From an uncultured Bacteroidota bacterium (GTDB lineage: Bacteria > Bacteroidota > Ignavibacteria > UBA10030 > UBA6906), in contig CAVOYH010000001.1 of NCBI GenBank assembly GCA_963700635.1, forward strand, positions 1 to 64,000: a stretch of 64,000 bases of DNA. The letters run 5' to 3'. A program made the translations under genes and the position numbers. The notes under the pieces were generated by a model. The model was not told where the DNA came from. It was given only the letters and a program-made list of their open reading frames with translations, and searched no databases. Shown piece by piece: positions 20,319 through 29,782 of the stretch (its first letter is position 1; every line of letters begins with the position of its first letter).

Positions 20319-20816
20319 TTGACCATAACTGTAAATGACAAGACTGTCCCCGTGACGCCGCAGCAGCAGGACAAGCGGCTTGTCGAGTTTCTGCGGGAAG
20401 ACCTGGATCTCACCGGGACGAAGAATGCCTGCGACATCGGCGCGTGCGGAGCGTGTACGATTCTTGTGGATGATGCGCCTCTGAAAATCTGCACAAAACG
20501 TGTGCGTGATGTTGCCGGGAAGCGGATTTTGACCATCGAAGGATTGGCCGGCAAGGACGGGACCTTACATCCGCTCCAGCAGGCGTTTGTGGATCACGGT
20601 GCGATCCAGTGCGGCTTCTGCATCCCCGGGATGGTGCTCACCGCGCATGCCTTTTTGCTGAAGCATCCCACTCCGACCCGTGCGGAAATCCGCCGCGCCA
20701 TCTACGGGAATCTCTGCCGTTGTACCGGGTATCAGCAGATCGTGGACGCGATAGCTGCCGCGGCCCCTTCTTACTCTGCTGCTCAATCAGAATCTCAACC
20801 TCAATCTCACCACTGA
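20319..20816 (+). CDS. Xanthine dehydrogenase family 2x[2Fe-2S] small subunit
   Basis: CDIGACGACT...C, QCGFCIPG and GNLCRCTGY; probable TTG start at 20319 after GAGGAG. Confidence 0.92.
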   Translation: MTITVNDKTVPVTPQQQDKRLVEFLREDLDLTGTKNACDIGACGACTILVDDAPLKICTKRVRDVAGKRILTIEGLAGKDGTLHPLQQAFVDHGAIQCGFCIPGMVLTAHAFLLKHPTPTRAEIRRAIYGNLCRCTGYQQIVDAIAAAAPSYSAAQSESQPQSHH

Positions 20817-20825
20817 CTCAGACCC

Positions 20826-22004
20826 ATGACCCACTACCTCGACCAGCTTAAACGCCTTACAACGGATCTCTACAACAAAGACTTTCTTCTTACCTGGGAG
20901 CACCCCGACGATGAAATCCGCGCGGTGTCGCTCGTTGCGGAGTGTTTTAAAGAAATGCACCGGACGGGGATCTCCTGCCGGATGTTCGATACCGGACTGG
21001 CGCTTTCGATATTCCGGGACAATTCCACACGCACCCGGTTCAGCTTTGCTTCGGCGGCGAATGCTCTGGGCCTCGGTCTGGCGGACCTTGATGAAGAAAA
21101 ATCGCAGGTTGCGCACGGAGAAACGGTCCGTGAGACCGCCAATATGATCTCCTTTCTGGCAGAGGTGATCGGGATCCGGGATGATATGTACATTGGCGAG
21201 GGAAACCGGTACATGCGCGAAGTGTCCTCGGCCGTCCAGGATGGTTTTGAACAGGGCGTGTTGCACCGCCGTCCCGCGGTCATCAATCTGCAGTGTGACA
21301 TTGATCATCCCACGCAGACACTTGCAGACATGCTGCACCTGCAGACACATTTTGGATCGCTGGAAAATCTGCGCGGAAAAAAGATTGCCATGACGTGGGC
21401 GTATTCACCGAGTTATGGAAAACCACTGTCGGTTCCTCAGGGTATCATCGGTCTCCTGACACGTTTCGGCATGGATGTGTCTCTGGCCTATCCCGAGGGT
21501 TATGATCTCCTTCCCGACGTTGTTGATCGGGCACGGACCCAGGCCGGTCAGAGCGGTGGGTCATTTGTGGTCACACATTCGATGGACGAAGCCTTTGCGG
21601 GCGCGGATATCGTGTACCCCAAATCCTGGGCCCCGTTCCACGTTATGGAAAACCGGACCGTGCTGTTGAAGAAGGGGGACCAGAAGGGACTCACGGCACT
21701 CGAACAGCAGTGTCTCACGGAAAACAAAAAACACAAGAAGTGGATTTGTGACGAGAAGAAGATGAAGACGACCGGGGGCGGGAAAGCGTTGTACATGCAC
21801 TGCCTTCCAGCCGACATCTCGGGCGTGAGTTGTGAGGAGGGTGAAGTGTCGGCGGAGGTGTTTGACCGGTACCGTGTACCCACATACAGACAGGCCGGTT
21901 TCAAACCCTTTGTCATTTCCGCGCTGATACTTCTGACACGGGCTCAGAATCCTGTGGAGACACTTTCCCGCCTGATCACCCGTGCCACGCCGAGGACCAT
22001 ATGA
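20826..22004 (+). CDS. ygeW: YgeW-type carbamoyltransferase
   Basis: FRDNSTRTRFSF, NLQCDIDHPTQ, WAYSPSYGKPLSVPQG, YPKSW and MHCLPAD, all characteristic of YgeW. Confidence 0.93.
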   Translation: MTHYLDQLKRLTTDLYNKDFLLTWEHPDDEIRAVSLVAECFKEMHRTGISCRMFDTGLALSIFRDNSTRTRFSFASAANALGLGLADLDEEKSQVAHGETVRETANMISFLAEVIGIRDDMYIGEGNRYMREVSSAVQDGFEQGVLHRRPAVINLQCDIDHPTQTLADMLHLQTHFGSLENLRGKKIAMTWAYSPSYGKPLSVPQGIIGLLTRFGMDVSLAYPEGYDLLPDVVDRARTQAGQSGGSFVVTHSMDEAFAGADIVYPKSWAPFHVMENRTVLLKKGDQKGLTALEQQCLTENKKHKKWICDEKKMKTTGGGKALYMHCLPADISGVSCEEGEVSAEVFDRYRVPTYRQAGFKPFVISALILLTRAQNPVETLSRLITRATPRTI

Positions 22005-23470
22005 AAAACGCCTCCACGTCGCGAATTGTCAAGACCATCAACCCTGAAGTGCGAAAACGTACCGCGATGCGCTGCCGGGAACGGGGGATCACGATCCCAA
22101 CACTACGCCAGATGGCACATCCCGAGGAGATTCCGGAATCCATTCGCGGAAAGCTCGCAGGGGTAGGGCTCTGGGATGTCAATCCGGTGAATCTCTTCCG
22201 CATAACATGGAAGAACGACGTTGCCACCGGGCTGTTCGGGAGTGTGAACTATCTGGAAATACCATCCGCTCTCTCCGGAGTCCGGGCCCGGATCATCGGC
22301 CTGACGGGGAAGTATTTCCCGACAGGGGCACACAAGGTCGGTGCGGCGTTCGGATGTCTCGTGCCGCGACTGGTCAGCGGAGAGTTCGACCCGGAGCGGC
22401 ATAAGGCTGTCTGGCCTTCGACCGGGAATTACTGCCGCGGCGGTGCGTTCGATTGTGCCCTCCTGGGATGTACCGCCGTTGCGATTCTTCCCGAAGAAAT
22501 GTCCCGGGAGCGTTTTGACTGGCTTCGTGAAATTGGCGCCGAGGTTATCCCGACTCCCGGGTGCGAATCCAACGTGAAAGAGATCTACGACAAATGCTGG
22601 GAATTACGCGAGGATCCTGCGAACATCATCTTCAATCAGTTTGATGAATTCGGGAATCCGCTCTTCCACTACGCCGTTACGGGACCGGCACTGCAGGAGG
22701 TGTTTGAGAAGTCCTGTGCAGGAGGGCGTATGGCTGCCTACATTTCCGCCACCGGGTCCGCCGGGACCATCGCGGCAGGAGATTATCTGAAGTCCCTGCA
22801 TCCGGATATGCGTATTGTTGCCACGGAAGCCCTGCAATGTCCGACACTGTTCATGAACGGATTTGGCGGACACAGGATTGAAGGTATCGGGGACAAACAT
22901 GTCCCCTGGGTTCACAACGTGCGGAATACCGACGCCATAGCAGCGATTGATGACGAGGATTGTATGCGGCTACTCCGCCTGCTCAATGAAGGAGAAGGGA
23001 AGAGGCATCTGCTGGAGTCGGGAGTCCCGGACTCCACAATCAAGCAACTTCCGCTGCTCGGCATCTCGTCGATCTGCAATCTGCTTGCCGCCATCAAAAC
23101 GGCCCGGTACTTTGAGTGTTCAGAAGACGATGTGATTGTTACGGTGTTTACCGATTCGGCGGACTTGTATCAATCCCGCGTGGAGGAGTTGACCGGTGGA
23201 CGGGGTCCCTATACAACCCAGCAGGCAATCAGGGACCTGGAGGGACCGCTCCGGCATCAACGTACGGATTTTTTCAAGGAGCTTGGCTACTACGATCGGA
23301 AGGCCATCCACAACCTGAAGTATTACACATGGGTTGAACAACAGGGAAAAACGTCTGAAGAACTTACCGCCCAGTGGGAACCGGAATACTGGACCGGACT
23401 TTTCCGGGAGGAACCCGCCCATATTGATCGTCTCATTGACGCATTCAACCGGGAAATTGGTCTGTCGTGA
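22001..23470 (+). CDS. Uncharacterised fold-type II PLP-dependent enzyme (489 aa)
   Basis: FPTGAHKVG (PLP lysine), PSTGNY, ATGSAGT and HRIEGIG; ATGA overlap with ygeW. It does not read like DpaL/YgeX. Confidence 0.75.
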   Translation: MKNASTSRIVKTINPEVRKRTAMRCRERGITIPTLRQMAHPEEIPESIRGKLAGVGLWDVNPVNLFRITWKNDVATGLFGSVNYLEIPSALSGVRARIIGLTGKYFPTGAHKVGAAFGCLVPRLVSGEFDPERHKAVWPSTGNYCRGGAFDCALLGCTAVAILPEEMSRERFDWLREIGAEVIPTPGCESNVKEIYDKCWELREDPANIIFNQFDEFGNPLFHYAVTGPALQEVFEKSCAGGRMAAYISATGSAGTIAAGDYLKSLHPDMRIVATEALQCPTLFMNGFGGHRIEGIGDKHVPWVHNVRNTDAIAAIDDEDCMRLLRLLNEGEGKRHLLESGVPDSTIKQLPLLGISSICNLLAAIKTARYFECSEDDVIVTVFTDSADLYQSRVEELTGGRGPYTTQQAIRDLEGPLRHQRTDFFKELGYYDRKAIHNLKYYTWVEQQGKTSEELTAQWEPEYWTGLFREEPAHIDRLIDAFNREIGLS

Positions 23471-24045
23471 GTCACCGGGTCGGGGCGATCATTCTGGCCG
23501 CAGGGAGCGGCAGCCGCATCGGCATCCCCAAACACCGTCTGCAGCTTGGCGCATCAACCTTTTTGCAGACTATTGTCACCCAGACCGTGCGTGTTGGCCT
23601 CTCTCCCATCGTCTGTGTCGTCGGACCTGAAGAATACACCCGGGTGGTCACTGATACCGGCAAAAGCGCGCACATTGTCGTGAACAGCGACCCCGGCCGG
23701 GGGATGTTCTCCTCTGTTATAGAAGGACTCCGGTGTGCCGGCGATTGCCGCGGAGTGCTGATCTTCCCGGTTGATCATCCGTACGTACAGGATTCGACTC
23801 TTGGCAGTCTGATCAGCCGGAGTGCTGAAATGCCCGGTCATTTTATCAAACCGATATTCAAGCGCGGGGGCGGACATCCCGTGTTGGTTCCTTCAATGGC
23901 GTTTCCTGCCGTGCTCGGGGCGAACCCCACGTCATCATTGCGTACGGTGATGGCGAAGAGTGGTATTCCCATTGATCCCCTGGAAGTCAACGACGAAGGG
24001 GTTGTTCGCAATATCAACAGTCCGGAAGATCTTCATGACCAGTGA
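23467..24045 (+). CDS. mocA: Molybdenum cofactor cytidylyltransferase (MocA-like NTP transferase)
   Basis: ILAAGSGSRIG..K, GMFSS, PVDHP, GHPVL and NINSPED motifs; Mo-enzyme context. Confidence 0.8.
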   Translation: MSHRVGAIILAAGSGSRIGIPKHRLQLGASTFLQTIVTQTVRVGLSPIVCVVGPEEYTRVVTDTGKSAHIVVNSDPGRGMFSSVIEGLRCAGDCRGVLIFPVDHPYVQDSTLGSLISRSAEMPGHFIKPIFKRGGGHPVLVPSMAFPAVLGANPTSSLRTVMAKSGIPIDPLEVNDEGVVRNINSPEDLHDQ

Positions 24046-24850
24046 TTTTTATCGTACCCTGACGGATGTTGCGGGCGCGGGAGCGCCATCCTGGCTCGCG
24101 ACAGTTGTCACAACAACCGGATCAACTCCGGCTCGTGTTGGAATGAAGATGATCGTGGGGGCGGAAGGGCTCGTGGCAGGAACAATCGGAGGCGGCGCGC
24201 TCGAGAAACTAGTTCTTGAGAAGATCCGTCTTGAACATCCCACGATGGCCGTAAAATGGGCGTTTGACCTGGATTCCAGAGAAGGCGCAGAGTTCGGGAC
24301 CCCAATGATATGCGGTGGCGTCGAAGAGATTCTCGTGGAGGCATTGGCTGCGGGCACACCTCTGGTAATATTCGGCGGCGGGCATTGCGGAGTTGCATTG
24401 TCACGACTGGCCGGGTGGACCGGGTTCGCGGTGACGGTCTATGACAACCGGGAAGAATGGGCCTCAAAAGAAAAACATCCATCGGCCATCCGGCTCATCT
24501 GTGCCCCCTATACCAACATGATGGATCATCTCCCGGTGACGCCGGACACCTTCGGCGTGATCATGACCCACGGCCATCAACACGACACCGAGGTGTTGCG
24601 CCAGGTAATCGGAACTTCATGGCGGTATCTGGGGATGATCGGCAGCGGGAAAAAAGTGCGCTCCGTGCTCGAGGCGCTCCGGGGTGAAGGAGTGGACGAG
24701 GGGCGGCTGGCGCGTGTGGTTGCACCGGTGGGATTGACAATCGGATCACACACCCCCGAGGAGATCGCCGTGAGCATCGTTGCACAGATGATCGCGGTCC
24801 GGAACGGTCTGGAGATCCCTTCTGTGCCTTCGATCAGTCCCCGCACCTAA
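24035..24850 (+). CDS. xdhC: XdhC/CoxI family molybdoenzyme maturation factor
   Basis: GSTP...GTIGGG.LE, CGG, FGGGH, YLGMIGS..K and APVGL.IGSHTPEEIAVSI; start ATG 24035. Confidence 0.88.
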   Translation: MTSDFYRTLTDVAGAGAPSWLATVVTTTGSTPARVGMKMIVGAEGLVAGTIGGGALEKLVLEKIRLEHPTMAVKWAFDLDSREGAEFGTPMICGGVEEILVEALAAGTPLVIFGGGHCGVALSRLAGWTGFAVTVYDNREEWASKEKHPSAIRLICAPYTNMMDHLPVTPDTFGVIMTHGHQHDTEVLRQVIGTSWRYLGMIGSGKKVRSVLEALRGEGVDEGRLARVVAPVGLTIGSHTPEEIAVSIVAQMIAVRNGLEIPSVPSISPRT

Positions 24851-24861
24851 GACAACGACTC

Positions 24862-27800
24862 CTACTTCACGTATACCAACGCTTTGGTGTCGCTGAACCG
24901 GACCCGGTAGGGCATGTTCCCGGAGGCCTCAATACGATAGAAATAGACTCCCGACGCAAGTGCCGGACTCCACGTCTGCTGGTGGTAACCGGCACGCTGG
25001 AATGCGTCTACCACTTCGGCGACAGCCTGCCCCAGTGGATTATAGACCGTGAGCCGGACATGGCTTTCCACGGGGAGTGCATACACGAATGTTGTAGAAG
25101 GGTTGAATGGATTCGGGTAGTTCTGGAGGAGTTGATAACGATCCGGGAGCACTCCCTCCGGACCCACGCTATTGGCGGAAGTATTCACCGCAATAGTCTG
25201 GGAAAGTTCCTGTCCGCCGTCATTGGTGATCTGACGGATACGATAGTGTACCACGGAACCCGGAGGGGGAGTATCCACAACTTCATAGTGTACTGTGGTG
25301 TCGCTGTTCCCCCGGCCTGCCTGCGACATAAGTTCTTCGAAGATACCCCCTGATCCCCGTTCGACAGCGTACCGGTTGATGCTGATCTCTGAATTCACCG
25401 TCCAGTGGAGCCGTACGAGGGGAGAGTTCCACTCCGCGGTAAAGGCGACGAAGCCGGTGGGTACGGTAAGTGCGCTGGTGACCAGCTTGTCGATGTACAG
25501 GGTTCTTGAAAGCCCGGCCAGTACGGCATTACTGCCCCGCAGGCGGAAGCCGTTGAACTTATTCCCCGCGTCGGTTATCTGTCCCGCGGTGAGATACGGC
25601 GCGAAGAGGGTTTCGTCAAGTCGCGTGCCGATAAGTTTCCAGCCGTGATGGTGGACGGGGAAGAGCGGACCGGCACAGATCAGTCCATTGCCGTCGCGGA
25701 TTGCAATTTGGAGCTGCGTGGATGTTTCCCCCTCGGCGTACACCCATGCCCCCACGTAACTCCCGCGCAGCATGGAGCCCAGGTCCGAATTTGCACCCCG
25801 CGTCATCCGGACATCCCAATCGGTGGTACTGGCGGCGTCATCCACAAATATCCACTTGCCGGAAAACGACCCCTGATAGGCACGCTCCGGGGATTGTACG
25901 AGGGAAGACGCTGCGATATTGATCCCTTTGAGCTGGGCAGCGTTGGACTGTGAAGGTGTGAGCCAACCGGAAACGCCACTTTCAAAATCGAAGAGCACCT
26001 GCGGGGCAACGGTGCGGACGGGGTAGTGGGCGCCCAGATCATCGAGGAGCAGTGTGCCTGAAATCGTGCCGCCACTCAGGTTCGCCCTCCCGAAATCAAT
26101 ACGGATTCCCACCACCGTGACAGGATAGTCGAGTACGCCGCCAGCCAGAGGGATTGCGCGTGACATGGTAACGCCGAAGGTGCGCCACTCGCCGTTCCAT
26201 GAGATTGCGGATGTGGGCGTCACCTGGAACAAATCGTTGTCCTTGTCCCTCACCAGAAACCGGAGTGTGTCTGCGTTCCCGGACCCAAACACACGCAACA
26301 TCAGACTGTCGATGCGGCCTGAAAGCGGAATGACGGTGTTGAGCAGGAGGGATGCTCTGGATTCGGGAAAGGTGTACTGGATTTTCACCGCTGGTGTGTC
26401 CGGAATACCGGCTTCGCCGGAAAGAGAGAATTGTACCGCACTCTGCGGAATATTTACCAGCGAAGTATCCCAGCCGGAGAGTGAGAACATTCGGTCGATG
26501 ACAATGCTTGTATCCGTCCCCCGAAAATTGTACGGAATGGCGGCGTGGAGCGTATCAAGCTGCACGGAAAGCAGACCCGTCCCGAAGTCCTTCGCGGTGG
26601 CCAATCCGGCTGCGTCCACGTTTATTTCCGGACCTGACGCGGAGAACATGAGATGCTGGTTGTTCAGTGTGACAGTCCTGCCGTCTTGATCCTCCGCGCG
26701 TGCGAGGAGCGAGACCCGTTCTCCGGGGACCATGACCAGGCACGAGGGGGCCATGTGGAGTGTTTTGAGAAGTTGCACCACGACGAACGCGGAGTCCACG
26801 ATTGTACTCCACCGCACGCGAACCCACCCGCTGTCATTCGTTAATGACGACGTAAAATGCCCCGACGAAGAAACGGTTCCAAGAAGAGGGTTCACTTCCC
26901 AGATGATCCCGGCAGGGAGTGGGATAGGGTTATGGTACTCATCAAAACCGGACGCGCTGAATTGTTGGGATCCACCCTGAAACAACTCCACCCGTTTGGG
27001 CTGTATATCAAGCCGGTGCAAAGACCCGATCGGTGCGGTGCTGATTACGTGGAGGGTATTGGCGACACTCCGTTCTCCTGCGGGATCCGACGGAGAGTTT
27101 ACGATTGCGCCGCGCACGACCATTGTTGTAGAGCCGCCGCCATCAAAGTTAAACGCATCCCACGCGCCGATGGAGAGGAGGAAATTCGCCATTTCGCCGA
27201 ACGTCATCCCTATGCTGCTTGCCTGCCGGCCGTCGACGGTACAAAGATAGAGAGTGGTTGTATCCTTGTTGAATCCCACAAAAGTCCGCGGGTGACGTAC
27301 GTCGGTGAATGATGCGCTGATTCCTTCATATGCCGACATACTATCGGTCACGTTCCGTCCGCCGAGGAGCATCCGGCCGGCACCTCCGAGCACCTGTGTG
27401 ATACTACGCAGCGGCGGAGAGAAACCAAGCAGCAGACGCACCGTGTCGCCTATCTGAACAGAGGTTGAGACAAAAGCTGACGGGGCACCAGATCCGGCAG
27501 AGAGAACACAACCGGAGGCAGGTATCGGGTTGTTGCCGCCGGCCACCTTCGTGGTGATCAGGGCCAGTACTGTGTCTCCTGCCGGTACGGAAGGATCCAG
27601 GAATGTCAGAGCGCACTCTGTACCGGTGCCGTCGGTCCCGGTAGTGGGCCCGCGAAAGCTGGTGTACACGACGAGCGCGCTTGAGGAGCGGCCGGTATTC
27701 ACAGAAGAGATGGTGAAAGGTGTCCCATCTTTCGCCCACATCCGTCCGGAAAAAGCCAGACGCTCGATGAAGGCTCTGCCGGCGGTATCAAGCGCAAGAT

Positions 27801-28188
27801 GGGATCGTTGGGAGGAAACACCCAGCGCCCAGCTACCGTTCACCACCTGGTTTCCCACAGGCCAACCGGTTTCAAAAGAAAAGAAGTCTGCATTAATCGC
27901 ACCGATAACGCGGTGCCCCTCCCGATCGTTGTCGGCAGCCTGGATGGTTGTTTTGGTCAGGCCGTCTGGTTTGTAGGATTCAAGAGTGATAAATGGGTTG
28001 TTGAGGGAGACTGCGAGGACATCAAGTGTATTCGGACCCGGAAGGATGTACTCTGAGTGCACGACGCCGGGTGCAACGGGGTGCGATGCGACGAGACCCG
28101 GCTGTGCTGGTGCCTGAGAAGGCAACGCAAAAAGAACACAAAGCAATGAAAAAAGGTAAACGTGGTCAAAAAATGGCCGACGGTTCAT
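24862..28188 (-). CDS. Secreted phosphodiester glycosidase (NAGPA) family protein with Ig/CBM-like domains and T9SS C-terminal tail
   Basis: Signal peptide; AINADFF, HPRTFVG, VDGRQ and NFDGGGST catalytic-domain motifs; C-terminal LLQNYPNPFNPSTT...SGVYFYRI. Confidence 0.85.
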   Translation of the reverse strand: MNRRPFFDHVYLFSLLCVLFALPSQAPAQPGLVASHPVAPGVVHSEYILPGPNTLDVLAVSLNNPFITLESYKPDGLTKTTIQAADNDREGHRVIGAINADFFSFETGWPVGNQVVNGSWALGVSSQRSHLALDTAGRAFIERLAFSGRMWAKDGTPFTISSVNTGRSSSALVVYTSFRGPTTGTDGTGTECALTFLDPSVPAGDTVLALITTKVAGGNNPIPASGCVLSAGSGAPSAFVSTSVQIGDTVRLLLGFSPPLRSITQVLGGAGRMLLGGRNVTDSMSAYEGISASFTDVRHPRTFVGFNKDTTTLYLCTVDGRQASSIGMTFGEMANFLLSIGAWDAFNFDGGGSTTMVVRGAIVNSPSDPAGERSVANTLHVISTAPIGSLHRLDIQPKRVELFQGGSQQFSASGFDEYHNPIPLPAGIIWEVNPLLGTVSSSGHFTSSLTNDSGWVRVRWSTIVDSAFVVVQLLKTLHMAPSCLVMVPGERVSLLARAEDQDGRTVTLNNQHLMFSASGPEINVDAAGLATAKDFGTGLLSVQLDTLHAAIPYNFRGTDTSIVIDRMFSLSGWDTSLVNIPQSAVQFSLSGEAGIPDTPAVKIQYTFPESRASLLLNTVIPLSGRIDSLMLRVFGSGNADTLRFLVRDKDNDLFQVTPTSAISWNGEWRTFGVTMSRAIPLAGGVLDYPVTVVGIRIDFGRANLSGGTISGTLLLDDLGAHYPVRTVAPQVLFDFESGVSGWLTPSQSNAAQLKGINIAASSLVQSPERAYQGSFSGKWIFVDDAASTTDWDVRMTRGANSDLGSMLRGSYVGAWVYAEGETSTQLQIAIRDGNGLICAGPLFPVHHHGWKLIGTRLDETLFAPYLTAGQITDAGNKFNGFRLRGSNAVLAGLSRTLYIDKLVTSALTVPTGFVAFTAEWNSPLVRLHWTVNSEISINRYAVERGSGGIFEELMSQAGRGNSDTTVHYEVVDTPPPGSVVHYRIRQITNDGGQELSQTIAVNTSANSVGPEGVLPDRYQLLQNYPNPFNPSTTFVYALPVESHVRLTVYNPLGQAVAEVVDAFQRAGYHQQTWSPALASGVYFYRIEASGNMPYRVRFSDTKALVYVK

Positions 28189-28416
28189 GGGCGGATTTCC
28201 TGGAGGATGCTGTGGAAAATACTAATGTACATCGAATACATATCATGTTCAATCAGGCCCATGGCTGCCGGTGTGGGGGGATGTAAGAGACGTGTAGAGT
28301 GGATTGAAATCGGCGGGAATGATGACCAGAACATCCAAATCGTCAAGCATGAAATGTAAGATGAAGTCGTTAGCCGAATCCCATCCCTCTTGTTTTTCGG
28401 GCTGTCTTCGAAAGAC

Positions 28417-28451
28417 AACAAAGACCGCGCTCTGAATGCGTGGTCTTTGTT
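28417..28451. terminator. Hairpin downstream of the FkbM gene, probable terminator
   Basis: AACAAAGACCGCGC-7 nt-GCGTGGTCTTTGTT (14-bp stem with one wobble). Confidence 0.55.
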
Positions 28452-28516
28452 ATGCAGTCACTCTCGTCTTTCCGAGGGGGGTGGGAGTTGAGTCATATAT
28501 TCAATTCGCGACGGAT

Positions 28517-29462
28517 CTACGAGTTTGCACTCTGAAGTCTCTTGGAAATCAAGTCGGAGTAGAATGCCTTTTCTGAGATCAGAAATTGTTCCCTCGCGTC
28601 CGCATGTCGGTCGTGAAAACAACATACATCATAGCAGAGGACGGCTTTGCTCTTGGCATAGAAGACCAGATCATCGAGGAGCTTAGCATCATCAGCGTCC
28701 ACCATGCCGAAGAGGAAGCCTTTTATGTCGTAGAAGATCAGTTTGGAGTAACCCCATTCCTTGAGAAGAGGGAATATGTACTTGTCATCATCTCCCGCAA
28801 GAGCAAGTAAGTGCGGATGGTGTTCAAAGAAAATGACGGGTGCACCAGAAGCGATGAGTTGCTTCCCGCCCGACGATGACTTTTGAGTCGTATCCGTCCA
28901 CATCGGACTTGAGGAGGTTTGCAGATTTGAAGTCATGGTGCTCTTCGATGACTTCATCAAGTGTCTGGTACTTGAAGTTTCTCTCCGAGGTATCTTCGTT
29001 CTCGACTCGCGCCGTGCCACCCCCCGAAATGAGCTGTCCCTTTCCAACGTAACTCCGATCCGTGAGCAGCGTCTGCACACGCGTAACCCCTGAATCGTCT
29101 TCTGTATTCCGCTTGAGTAGCTTCATGTATGCTTCATTCCCCTCTATTAGAAGGAAGTGATCACTTGGGACACTACCGGCGAGGGCATGGGAGTCTCCGA
29201 TATTTGCCCCAATATCAACCATCTGCAAGCTTCCATAACGCTTGCGAATGAATGACGCCAATCTGGACAGGTTAGCAGAATATGTAGGATATTCTCTCCT
29301 TGTAAAGGGCAGGTCGTGGGAGAGGTTGAGAGCAATGCGCTTCCCATTAAAGGTGTACTGGACGATAGGATCGCAGAACTGAAGTATCCAGAAGCGCAGC
29401 TTCCGGAAAATCCGCCCCCTCCGACCCTCTGCAAGCGCACTGTCTAGAATGAACTGGAACAT
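28517..29462 (-). CDS. FkbM family methyltransferase with a frameshift near 28870
   Basis: VDIGANIGD, LIEG, TLD and LLKSDVDGYD in the first frame; PVIFFE..GY in the second; one extra G in GTCGGGCGGG. Confidence 0.75.
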
Positions 29463-29630
29463 GCTACTCCTTTGTTGTATGATTTAACTGGGGAATCATG
29501 CGCTTCAATAACGAGCACGGTCATATGTTGCTTAGAACTTGGGGAATCGCAACGACACCATCATTTCAAGGCGTCAATGGGGTCCATTAAGAACGAGCAT
29601 TGGTGCGGGATTGGGTTTTCACTTCTGACT

Positions 29631-29659
29631 AAGATATCGAACTCGTCGCAGATTGTCAA
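29631..29659 (-). promoter_or_regulatory. sigma70-type promoter for the FkbM gene
   Basis: Minus strand TTGACA-17 nt-TATCTT. Confidence 0.55.
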
Positions 29660-29733
29660 CGTCACACAAACGATGGTAAGGAGCGATTTGAGGTTCGTTA
29701 TGTCATTCGAGGAAACCAATACGAGATAGAAGA

Positions 29734-29755
29734 GCCCGACGTTCGCACATCGGGC
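29734..29755 (-). terminator. Hairpin after the LamG/T9SS gene
   Basis: GCCCGA...TCGGGC stem followed by a pyrimidine-rich tail on the minus strand, about 30 nt after the stop. Confidence 0.4.
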
Positions 29756-29782
29756 CCAAATCCTCATCGGTCGGTTCGATAT

